64,000 nucleotides of DNA from Phoronis australis. Lineage: Eukaryota; Animalia; Phoronida. A model generated the notes under the pieces. It was not told the origin of the DNA, did no database searches, and saw nothing but the letters and a program-made list of their open reading frames with translations. Where the stretch lies: the NCBI GenBank assembly GCA_002633005.1, contig NMRA01000228.1, positions 121,685-185,684 on the forward strand, given 5' to 3'. Below are positions 1-11,600 of the stretch, in pieces; within the stretch, counting starts at the first letter, position 1, and every line of letters begins with the position of its first letter. The translations under genes and the position numbers were made by a program.

Positions 1-975
1 TCGTCATCATCTTCGTCATCATCTCCGTCTTTTCCTTAATTTCGCCAAGTGTCGCTCAAGACTAGCCTTTTTCTTACTGATTTCGGACTCCTACGTTCGT
101 CATGTGTATGTTATTAACTTCTTTTGTTCATCCTCGCCACCATCTTCGTCATATTCGTCATCTTCGTCATCATCTTTATCGTCATCTTTTTGGTTAATTT
201 CGCCAAGGTTCGCTCCTCGGAGCGCTTTCATTTTTTTGTTTGTTCGCACTCTACAGGTCGCAATTTTGGTCCGATTTTCACGAAATTTGCACACAATGTG
301 TAGATCGGAAAGTCCTAGAAGCCTATTTTTTTTGGTCATGATCGGATACAAAATGGCAGACGTGGCGGCCATTTTGTATCCGATTTCACAGTCAAATGCT
401 CGTAGATTCCGCATTTTTCGACATACATGGCTGAAAATCAGTACGAATTTACTAGAACGCATGTGCTACAACTGTGCAGAAAATCATTGACTTCCGGTTA
501 AAGATGGCGGAAATATTGGACGTGGCGCATGCGCACCCGGAAATATGGCTAAAAACGTTTTCTCCTGTAGGGGGCGCATTTGCAAACCAATCACTTTCAA
601 ACTGGTCACGTGTTTGTTGAGTTTAATAAGCTTTTACAAAAAATTATTGAACCGGAAGTTACTTTCAAGATGGCGGCTGTGGCGCATGTTCATCTTTTAA
701 CTTTTATCCTGACCACCATTTATTTTGTTGGAAAAGTGCCACAGTTAACTATCCAGACTGGTTTCAGTTGAAATATTTGTTTATGTACAGTTGGCCTACT
801 GGTGAAAGTGTTAATCATCTGATCAATAAAAACCATTAAAGCAAAACTTAATGTCATATATTATGTATACTGGGTTAAGCAGAAGCACCATAACAACAAC
901 AACAGTAACAATGAACTGTGACTCCCGCAGGTCCTAACTTTACGCATGAGCTGTCCAAACTCCTGCTTTCAACTA

Positions 976-976
<1 letters not shown>

Positions 977-1016
<40 letters not shown>
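977..1016. repeat. (TG)n microsatellite
   Basis: About 20 TG units. Confidence 0.97.
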
Positions 1017-1021
<5 letters not shown>

Positions 1022-2235
1022 TGTTTTTACTGTATGCAACATCTCATTTTTTTCATAAAAGTCCATTATAGCTCCATTTGTGAAAGTGGATCAAGTCAAA
1101 TCAATATTTATTTAGTCTTGGGCAATTAAACTACTTGTAATTTTCAGACTAACAAACTCAGAAACTTAAAACTTATTGTAAGGCACTATTGCTTAAATGA
1201 TCAGATATCAACTGTGATAAGTCATTTAGCCATTTAACATCATATCGGAAAGCAATGAAAAACCATTCCATCGCAATGGCCCTTTTGTTGGGACTTGAAC
1301 TCACCGAACAGGTCGTATAAGAACTGCTTAGGGAATGCTGAGAACATCTTTAGAGTGAATTGGCTGTCTGCTGTTAAAGTAATGTCTCTGTTCAATATTC
1401 TGCATCATGAAATGTTTTTAATATCATATGTAGAGACTTAACATTTTTCTAGGTTACTTCGATACTTAAGCACTCTTTCTTTTGCAGAACTCCAAGTGGT
1501 GTTTGGTCAATTATTTTATTTACGTGCACTATGAAAAGTAATTGATAATTAGCGATTGGAAAACATGCCATAATGGACTTATGTGCTATGAAGTCAAGGT
1601 GCACATGCCCAGGAGTACTTTCAAAGGTGGTATATATGGGAGTTGTCACTCAGATTGTGAGTTTTTCATGACGAGGTACCCCAGTGGAAGGATGACTTTA
1701 CAAAGTTATTTCTCTATGAAAGGGTTCACTTGATATGTTAGGGGCTCTAAAAACGGTCCATTTGGCTAACACTAAGACTTTACAAAAGATAATATTTTAC
1801 TTAGATTTGTTGAGTTGTTGAAATAATTAATTTTAAATTACTCCAATGTGTTGCATTTAAAACCGATGGGAAATCCCATTACAAGTGGTTGACTACTTTT
1901 CACAGGCTCTCTGCAAATGGGCCCTATTAAGCATGCAACTATCTAAAAAGTGGGTGACTTTTTAAAAGGATTGATATCCTCATTTCCAGCGGGCACACTC
2001 ACTAGGACATTAGGGATTGACTTGTGATACATAAATTTATTATTACTGGACTTTCACTTAACTACGCTTCAGAGGATAAATGGTGTGAAAATGGTAAAAG
2101 GAAATAAAGTGATAAATTTTATCGAAAGATCTCGCACTGACGAACATAAGTAAAGTTTGAATAAAGACAACAACTTTTCTAAAATGAAGCGACACGTTTT
2201 GGCAGTAAAACATCCAGCATTGCCAAGCTTTATTC

Positions 2236-2468
2236 AGAGAATGGATGCCAGGATGGCTACAGGTACAATACACAGAGAATGAATGCCAGGATGGCTACAG
2301 GTACAATACACAGAAAATGGATGCCAAGATGGCTGCAGGTACAATACACTGAGAATGGATGCCAGGGTGACTACAGGTACAATACACAGAGAATGGATTC
2401 AAGGATGGCTACAGGTACAATACACAGATAATGGATGCAAGGATGGCTACATGTACAATACACAGAAA
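2236..2468. repeat. Minisatellite, ~38-bp unit x ~6
   Basis: Repeated agagaatggatgccaggatggctacaggtacaatacac. Confidence 0.92.
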
Positions 2469-2917
2469 ATTCCAAAAGCACACAAAAATACCAGAACAGT
2501 GTTGGCTAGAAATTTTAGAAAAGTTATCTTCATTCAAAATCAAGAAATCGAAACCATTTCAAGGAAAGCATTTATGATGGTCATTAACAGAAAGATTGTT
2601 TGTTCAACACTTATGTTCAGTACTTAAGCTTTGTTGTAATGACTGTATGTCAAGTGTATTCAGAATAAATATGCAAATCCAATAATTGTTTGTTGTAGGC
2701 CTACAGGAATTGATCAGCTCAACCACGTTTGTTTGTCAGCCCAAACAAATAGCCAGTCTGGCTCAATTAATTGAGCATTAGCAAACCTTTAGTATATCTA
2801 GACAGAGTGTGCGCTGTTCACAAATTTCACATTTTTGTTTTCAGGTTAATTATGATGGAATTCCAGTTTGTGATTAACACAGAGCTAACGTGCACTTGAC
2901 ATTGGTTTTTGAACGAG

Positions 2918-3015
2918 ATGTCGGATGATAGCAGCATAAGTAGGAGCCCTTTACCTAGAGAAATCTACTCTGGAGATGAACTTACTGGCATTGAAAGTGT
3001 AAACCACAATTCAAG
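2918..3015 (+). CDS. TRPM: TRPM first coding exon ([19 protein letters not shown]...)
   Basis: Acceptor ttttcag before 2845, ATG at 2918 preceded by an in-frame stop, donor AG|GTAATG. Phase 2 joins in frame to 7694. No homology support. Confidence 0.6.
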
Positions 3016-5633
3016 GTAATGCTGCAGATTGGTTTCAAGATCAGAAGAGTATTTTTAATTTAATTTTTTTATTTCTTTTAAAGCTGCAATTGGCCCTATT
3101 TAGCTGGGAGGCTAAAATTAAACAAAAATCGAATCGGGCCTTTTACTCTCACAAATTGGTCTAAAAATAATTCCGTATTGTGATATTTTATTTCCATTAC
3201 CTACTCGTCACAGGCAATACGTACATGAGCCTTTCGCAAACTCGTAATTTTAATGTTGGCCAACCCCCCCAATAAACTCTGATTCATTTTGTTGAGCCAC
3301 TGATGGTATTGATGCTCTTGTTGGTGGTTTTGATGTTTATTTTGGTAATGGAAAAAGATTTCTATTATGGTAAGGGATATTTTGACACTGATTTTATAAA
3401 AAGAAAAGGCCTAATTTGATTATCGTGTTGTAGCTGAACTGGACAGAATGTGGGTTTTAGCCAATGGATAGTTTCGACAAGCTATAATTCTAGCCAATCA
3501 GAGCAACAGGGAAAATGTAAACACAGTGATCGTCAACCGTATTTGGCCGGAAAATTCATTGCTAATGAATGTCGAGGGATGTATTTTTGATGAACTTGAA
3601 ACACTTAAAGTGCAGATTAAGGATTTACACAGAACGTCGAAGGGAAAGTGTTTGTGGGATATAGAAGTGTGTGGTAAACATCACGATCAGGTCAAATATG
3701 GCCAAGAGTATATGTCAGAATAAACAAGCTGAATTGAGAGTTACCAAACATATTCACCATCTACTTGTCGTAAACATTTGCTTTTATTTTCTTATTATTT
3801 GACACGAATTAGGGTCAACTTGTGGAACACATGTGGTTGATAGCAAGCACATGTGACTTGCAAGAAACGTACCTGGCTGACAAGTCTCCTGTATTCATAT
3901 TCCCATTTTCTAGACCAACAGTTGCCGAAGAAAATTATGATGTCTTATCACGTGAAAACAGTTCTTCATTATCATCAGTTGAGTTCCGGAATATATAGCT
4001 GCACTAGCATTCTTCAAGAATCGTGTCACTGAAGTTTAAAAAAGAACTTGCAGGCTAATTACTTATCTCTGATTGCTTGGTCAAATTAGTTAGAAACACA
4101 ACATATAGCGATGATGTGAATTTGAAGTTTGTTGAAAATTGCCAAATATTTTGAACGAGTTTTGTGGCAAAAATGATCTACCGCAAATCTCTGAACTGTG
4201 TCCAGGAAGTATCGTGACATGGTACTGCGGAATAACTCTGCATGATGCAGGCTAATTTTGCAAGCCCGTGAGATACGTCATTACGTCAAAGGTCACCTAT
4301 TAGCAGAATTTTTTGTTTTCACATTTACAAGTTGTCAATAAACACAGCTGCACTTTATTTAGCGTAGATTATGTTGAAATAGCATTGTCATTTAGTTCCT
4401 GCTGTACATCAGCAAATGTATCTTTAAAGTGCAACACAAATGACTACAGTCTACATACAGTACATATGTCTAGTTTTAAGTGATCTGACATCTGAATGAA
4501 GCTCAGTTGATATGAGTGGGTTAGTAACTTTTGAATGAGTCCAGGCTTAAAATCATGGACACACTAACTGCTGTGTTGTATCTGTTAACTCTTCCAATGG
4601 GGGCCCTGTGAGATTGTGTGACTCCATACTGGTAAGTTTCAGTGAAATGTCATCGGGATATCGCAGAAAAGAATCTGTTGCCATTAAGGCGTTTTCCCGT
4701 TGCTCCCAACTTGTTCAATTCTATAGCCCAACAACAAGTTGGGAAGAACACCACTGTAGCCATTATCTTACACGACTGATTAACTCTATTCTGGCATTTA
4801 TGGTTGGAGGGCCAGCTCTCTTTTGTTCGATAATTGCTCTAATCTCCAGTATAAAATCCTATCTACCCTGACTGGGCTGTGCTGCTAAAAATAAAAGTTA
4901 AGTTATAACATATTTGAACATAAACTAATAACATTTCTGATTTCTTCGTCAAATGGTGATCATGTTTTGTTTTTGAATCGCCAAAATCGCCCAAGTGCAA
5001 CCGAAGTTACGACAATCTATTCTTTTCGAATTCCACCAATTCACTCTGAGTTTGACTGTGTTCACATGTGGTCTGTAATAAGCCTGGTAGATAATTAGCC
5101 TACTTGTCATAACAGACAAAGGAGTGTGCTTGGCAGTCAACAAAGAAGCTAGATGTTATCACAGGCTCAGAACCCCCAATGTCTGGTAAAGTCACTGAAT
5201 GGGAAAATGCTGTCATGCTGTAGTATGTGTGCAGGGGATTACCATCACTTTGTTTTGTGTTGCTGTGGGTCACTAAGTAGTAACTTAATAAATGGTGAGT
5301 GTGCACTGGCCTATAGCTGTAATTGTCTGAACTATCCATTGTCAGCCTCCATAAAGTATTTTTACGTTTCTTCAAATAACTACTTAAAAGCATATTTTCA
5401 GAATCCTTGATGACTGATGTCTTTAAATTTTGTACAATCTTTTTTTTTGTAAAAGTTGTCACTCTTTGGCTGGAACACGGATTTCTAAACTAAGGTACGT
5501 GTAGGGCATTACCAGGACAATACTTGCCACTTTTCAGTCTCCTCCGGAGGCTTCAAGTCGAGGACAAGGCTTTTCACTGTATTTTTAGGAATAGTATTTT
5601 CCAGTGGTATCTCAATAGAGAACTGAATTGACA

Positions 5634-5696
<63 letters not shown>

Positions 5697-8600
5697 CTTT
5701 ATTTAAAGAGGATAAAAATACAATAAATGTAAAACATGCTTTAGCCAAAGGCTAATATCCAGCATGGTCCTCTGCAGCAAGAAATTAGTTAGATAAACAG
5801 ATTAAACAGATTAAATTAAGATACAATAAGATACATTAAATAAAATAAAATAGTATTTACAAATTGGATAGAACAAATTGAATTAAAGATAAGTAAATAA
5901 ATATTAAAATTTTTGGTAAATATATTGGAAAGACAAGAAGGAGGGACATCTATGACGACCACAGGTAACTGGTGAGGTGGTGTCTGAAATTATCATAACA
6001 ATCAGCATCCTTAAGACTATTAGGCAAACTGTTCCACTGTTTGATGGTCTGAATAAAGAAGGACTTAGAATAAAACGATGTTCTGTGTCTGGGCAAAACC
6101 AAATTGTTTGAGGCAGAAAATCTTGTCCTGATATGGTGGCTATTTCGAACAAGTACGAGATTATGAGATAGATAAGTTGGTACATTACCGTGAAAGCACC
6201 TATGCATCATACACAGACGCCTATATATAAAATATTTGTCAATAGGGAGCCACCCCAGTCTATTAAACGTATGAGTTGACGGAGTGTCAAAAGGCACAGC
6301 TAGAACAAGTCTGGCTGCCTGCTTTTGAGCTTTCAATAAAGAGGAAACTAATTTTGCATTGCATCCTGACCACACTATACTACAATAAACAAACAGAGGG
6401 AATACAAAAACGTTGAAATATTGCAGATGTGGGAAGAAATGGTGATATACGCCAGAGAAGACCAAGGCGCTGCCTAATTTTGGACACAGTCCCATTTATA
6501 TGGCTAGACCAGCTGAGGGTCTTGTCTACAGTAACACCTAATAACTTTTCACTGTCAACATATTTGAGGTGTACATTGGAAATAGCAAGGTTAAGCTCAA
6601 GATTTCTTCTACTATGCCGTTGGTCTGTGGGACAGATTTCAATGAACTTTGACATACTATGTGACGTTAATACTTGGGTACTAATGCATTTTCTGGTGTA
6701 TTCAACTAATGGTAGCGGCCCTGGTTTCCATTTTGGTCTCGACGAAGGGCATTTTTAATATTTTTTGGCAAGAGCGTTAGTTGGTGTCTGGAAAACAGTT
6801 TGACAGACTTCAAGAAAACTTGAGACAATGGTACACGGCGACACCAGTTGATTTGCCCGTCATGATTGGTACGGTATGAAATTAGTAAAGAAGTTAGTGG
6901 GTCACTGACTTAGAGTTTTCATTGGAACTATTTTAGTTCAAACAGCGTGTGTAATTTGACCGTCTCAAAAGTAAAGAAGTTAGTGGGTCACTGACTTAGC
7001 TTTCATTGGAACTATTTCAGTTCAAACAGCGTGTGTAATTTGACCGTCTCAAAAGTAAAGAAGTTAGTGGGTCACTAACTTAGCTTTCATTGGAACTATT
7101 TCAGTTCAAACAGCGTGTGTAATTTGACCTTCTCAAAAGTGAGCCAATTTCAAGATCACAATTACTCCGCTACATTTCACAAGCTTTCGATGATGTATTG
7201 TTGTTGGTCTTATGAATAATTTAAGAAGCCGAGAGGTTCTTTGAAATCTAATAAATTGTTTTCAAGTGTTTTATAAATTGGTCAGCATCGAAAAAACAGA
7301 GACTGCATTTCGACAAATTGTCTCGAACCCCGTTTACTGCTTTTTTTAGATCAACTAAAATGACACTAATAAAACCTCACCAATTTTGCACGCAACATCG
7401 ATGGTGGGCAAGGGAAATTTTATTTCATTTTTTGTGTTGAAAAAATAGTGGGTCTTAATCTGGTCCAGATGGACTTTCGGTCCGATCAGCCCAGCTGTCT
7501 CGGGACTTTAGTGGTTAATGACAGAGGATTTAATGTACAATTCAGAGCATTCACAACAACGTTAGAAAACTTTGGAAAATAAAAAATGGACCGTTTTGTC
7601 ACTTTTTTTCCGAATTTGGTGAGATTCTGCTTATAGATTGTTGAGGTTGCTGTATGCTTTTTTGTAACATTTTGAACCTTTCCTTTATTTCAGTTACTCA
7701 TCTCCTGCGTATCCCAGTAATCGTATGACAATAGCCACTGCTATGCAGGTTGATCAGGGTCCTTCCAACCAACAAAATGATGATTCGAACAGCTACCACG
7801 TCAGTGGCGACACCTATGTAAGCTACAACACTGACGTATCTCCTGGCATTCTGCCACCTTTGCGCCATGGGGTTCTGAAAACGGGACTTGCCTATGCGCC
7901 TAACGGTGCAAATCCTGGTGACAGTCCTCCTACTAGGAAAAAGTTCAAGCTCCAGAGAAGTGTCATGGCTGATGTTACTGCCGTGAAGCCGTCCAGAGTG
8001 AGACCTGAACAACATAGCAGTGGTACAGACCATGGGGTAAAACACAAACTGTCCAAACCACAGTCAGCAGACACAGAGCCTGACATGTTGGAGACAGGAG
8101 CTGGGGAACATGTGGCACATGTAGATAAGGAGCTCACGGGTGGGAACAGACTCAAAAAGAAGAAAAAGCACAAAAGACGTGACAGAACACATTCCAATGT
8201 TAGCTCCGAGACCTTCATACTAAGTCAAGGTCATGCTAATGGTGAGTCTGACCTTATGGGTGGAGATCAAGGGGAAGTTGATGCAAGTCGACGGGCTTCA
8301 ATAATCAGCTCTGGCACATATGTCAAGGAATGTGAGAAGATGAAAACTAGACACCGAACGAAACACAGTGGATTTCATTTAGATGAGGTAAGTCTGTTTT
8401 GCTCGTTTTTAATAAGTTGAAAATGACTGCTTTTCAGTGCATCTGTTGACTATTTCGGGTTTGCCAACTGTTACGGATTTATCCGTTTTCTACATACTTT
8501 TAGGACCTAAAAATCAATATGCATGGGTTTTCAAGTGTTATGAATTTTGAGCATTTATAACAGTAACTTTACTTCAAAAAATCAGCTGAAAGTGAATAAT

Positions 8601-11600
8601 ATCTTTGAAATCATCAAGAGTTTTGAAGTATCAGATTTAGGATAATGGAGGCAGAAAACATTGGAAAATGTAGAAAATAGCCGAGAGCACAAGATCTGAC
8701 CAGTAAAATGAATTCTGAGTTGCTTACATATACGATTTCCCTTTGGTGATTGGTCAGCTACAGTTAGTTTGTTGAAGACTGGCCAATGATTAATGCACTT
8801 ACTTGGCTTTGCACTTAATTAGCTTTGTGTTGTGGGATATATTCTGATTTGGAAGTCATGTCTATATGTCTAGAAGGAAATTTTGGAGCCTAATGTTCCA
8901 AAGAATTAGATTATATTCAGAAAACAGGGAAAGAAATTCACCGTATTTTATCACAGTGACTTCAGGATGGAGAACCTTCAGGTGCTTACAACATGGACTT
9001 TGATAAAAAATTATGAGATATTGAGATCTGCTGGTCTGTGGAATGAAATCAACCATGTTGACAGTAAAAGCCAACAGCTATCCGAAGAATTAAGTTTTTA
9101 CGAAATACCGCTTGATTTGAAACTAAAAATTGTTGTTTTGGGGTTTTCATGTCATCTTGTTATTGAAATTTAAACTTTCTCAAAATATTGATTACCGTAC
9201 AAGTTTTTACTTCCAATTGGATTTTTAATGTGAAGGTTACAAATTATCTGCTTAATAGGTTGGCAGCCGTCTCATTGTACCTGCCTTGTAATAGCGGAGT
9301 TGCAACGCCGCCATATTGGAAATGGGTCAGAATGTTGCATTGTGGTTAAGCCGGTAAACAAGTACGTCGGCAAGCGTGGGGGCGAACCGGCCACAGGGAG
9401 GTTATACGTGTTGTGTGCCCGGCATGCTATAATACCAGTTAGCGAAATAAAAAATTTAGTTACTACCTGTTTCCCAAGGATCAAGAACTGCGTTAAACAT
9501 GGGTCAGAGACATCGGTAGAGCTTGTAGCAAAGGCCGACTTCGTGAATTCTTTCCGACTTCGTAGCATAAAGTGTGCAGCGCTCATTTTGAGGGCGGCAA
9601 GAAAACGTATCTTAGAAACTGCCCAACAATATCTCCCTTCAAAGAAACAGTAACAAATACTCCACGGCGGTTGGTAGNNNNNNNNNNNNNNNNNNNNNNN
9701 NNNNNNNNNNNNNNNNNNNNNNNNNNNNNNNNNNNNNNNNNNNNNNNNNNNNNNNNNNNNNNNNNNNNNNNNNNNNNNNNNNNNNNNNNNNNNNNNNNNN
9801 NNNNNNNNNNNNNNNNNNNNNNNNNNNNNNNNNNNNNNNNNNNNNNNNNNNNNNNNNNNNNNNNNNNNNNNNNNNNNNNNNNNNNNNNNNNNNNNNNNNN
9901 NNNNNNNNNNNNNNNNNNNNNNNNNNNNNNNNNNNNNNNNNNNNNNNNNNNNNNNNNNNNNNNNNNNNNNNNNNNNNNNNNNNNNNNNNNNNNNNNNNNN
10001 NNNNNNNNNNNNNNNNNNNNNNNNNNNNNNNNNNNNNNNNNNNNNNNNNNNNNNNNNNNNNNNNNNNNNNNNNNNNNNNNNNNNNNNNNNNNNNNNNNNN
10101 NNNNNNNNNNNNNNNNNNNNNNNNNNNNNNNNNNNNNNNNNNNNNNNNNNNNNNNNNNNNNNNNNNNNNNNNNNNNNNNNNNNNNNNNNNNNNNNNNNNN
10201 NNNNNNNNNNNNNNNNNNNNNNNNNNNNNNNNNNNNNNNNNNNNNNNNNNNNNNNNNNNNNNNNNNNNNNNNNNNNNNNNNNNNNNNNNNNNNNNNNNNN
10301 NNNNNNNNNNNNNNNNNNNNNNNNNNNNNNNNNNNNNNNNNNNNNNNNNNNNNNNNNNNNNNNNNNNNNNNNNNNNNNNNNNNNNNNNNNNNNNNNNNNN
10401 NNNNNNNNNNNNNNNNNNNNNNCAAAGTCCAGACCCGCGTAGTGGGGCACATCCCTCGCAAGAGCAGCAAAACTTCTGCGTTCTTTTTGAATCGCGGCGT
10501 AAGTTTGAAGTGTATACGGACATAACGGTGAGGCTCGTGGTCCGTTACAAATTCAGGCTGTCGGATCTTTCATTTGATAAATTAGAGACGTTAGAACTGT
10601 AGGTAAGGGCATTTTTCGCATGTAGTTCATGGGCTGGGCGCTTACTTTAGCAAAGTCTGAAAACGCGTTGGGGCACGTGTTGAGCCATGGGCGCTAATTA
10701 GGGCGAATAGCGGCAGAATTACATACAGCAGCGTAGTTTAATGCACACAAATTACACGTCGTGCAAACCAGTCGGTCATCTCGTTTACCATCAACAATCC
10801 CAGTAGCCTTTGCGCACCCTAATTTCCGGACATGCGCAATCGTTAAATCGATTCGGTTGCAACTCCGCTACTGTATCATTATAGCGTTAGCAAGTGTGTG
10901 CATACATATTAATCTGTACCAATTTGTATATATTTTCTGAAAGAAATAAAAATTTGAAAATAAACTATGGACATTTCTCCAATTCTCGATCGATTATGTT
11001 GAATGACCATATTTTAGGGAAATTCATTAAATATGTTTACTGGAAAAGTAAAACAATAAAATGTTTTCATGTCAAATAAACTTTACTGGCCAGTAACATG
11101 ATTGAAATCGTTTGATGTGAATATCGAAGGTGAAATCAAAATAAAAAACGTTGCAATTTTCTAAACAATTTATTTGTTTTAGTTTTACAGATGATAATTG
11201 TGATTGCTTAAAGATGCATTTTGCCGTGCAGCTAGTTATAAAAATGAAAATCGAAATAAGCCTTTATTACTCTCTTCATTTCAGTCTTTTTCCTAATTAT
11301 TGTAAAAGGATTCTATATCCAATACCAATCACAAAATCAGTAAGGAATATTATGAGACCGATTTTATGTTATCATTTCCAACAGCTTTGGAGTTATTAAA
11401 ACAACTAATTCAGTGGAGTCATTCACCTTTTGCAAGTTTGGACGGTGCTTATGTTATATTTTTATCTCAATTATCACATGATTTGTCCCTCTTGAGGTGA
11501 CACTTACGCCATGTTAAAAACTTAGTATTAAGTACCAACTGATCTGAATAAAGATTGACAATGGCGGGAATTTGTTCATTCAGTGATTTTTTTTTGACAA

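Noticed and set aside
100-490. Overlapping 120-aa and 128-aa ORFs with poly-Asp/Glu or poly-Ser runs
   Set aside because: Products of (tcg/tca)n low-complexity sequence within a repeat-like tract; no splice or homology support.
3914-3998. Possible extra TRPM exon ([19 protein letters not shown]...)
   Set aside because: It has a good acceptor and phase but hits a stop, with no phase-2 donor to join 7694.
5509-5748. Poly-Tyr ORF
   Set aside because: Translation of the (TTA)n LINE tail.
9272-10525. Long ORFs of 294-392 aa
   Set aside because: Artefacts of translating through the N gap.
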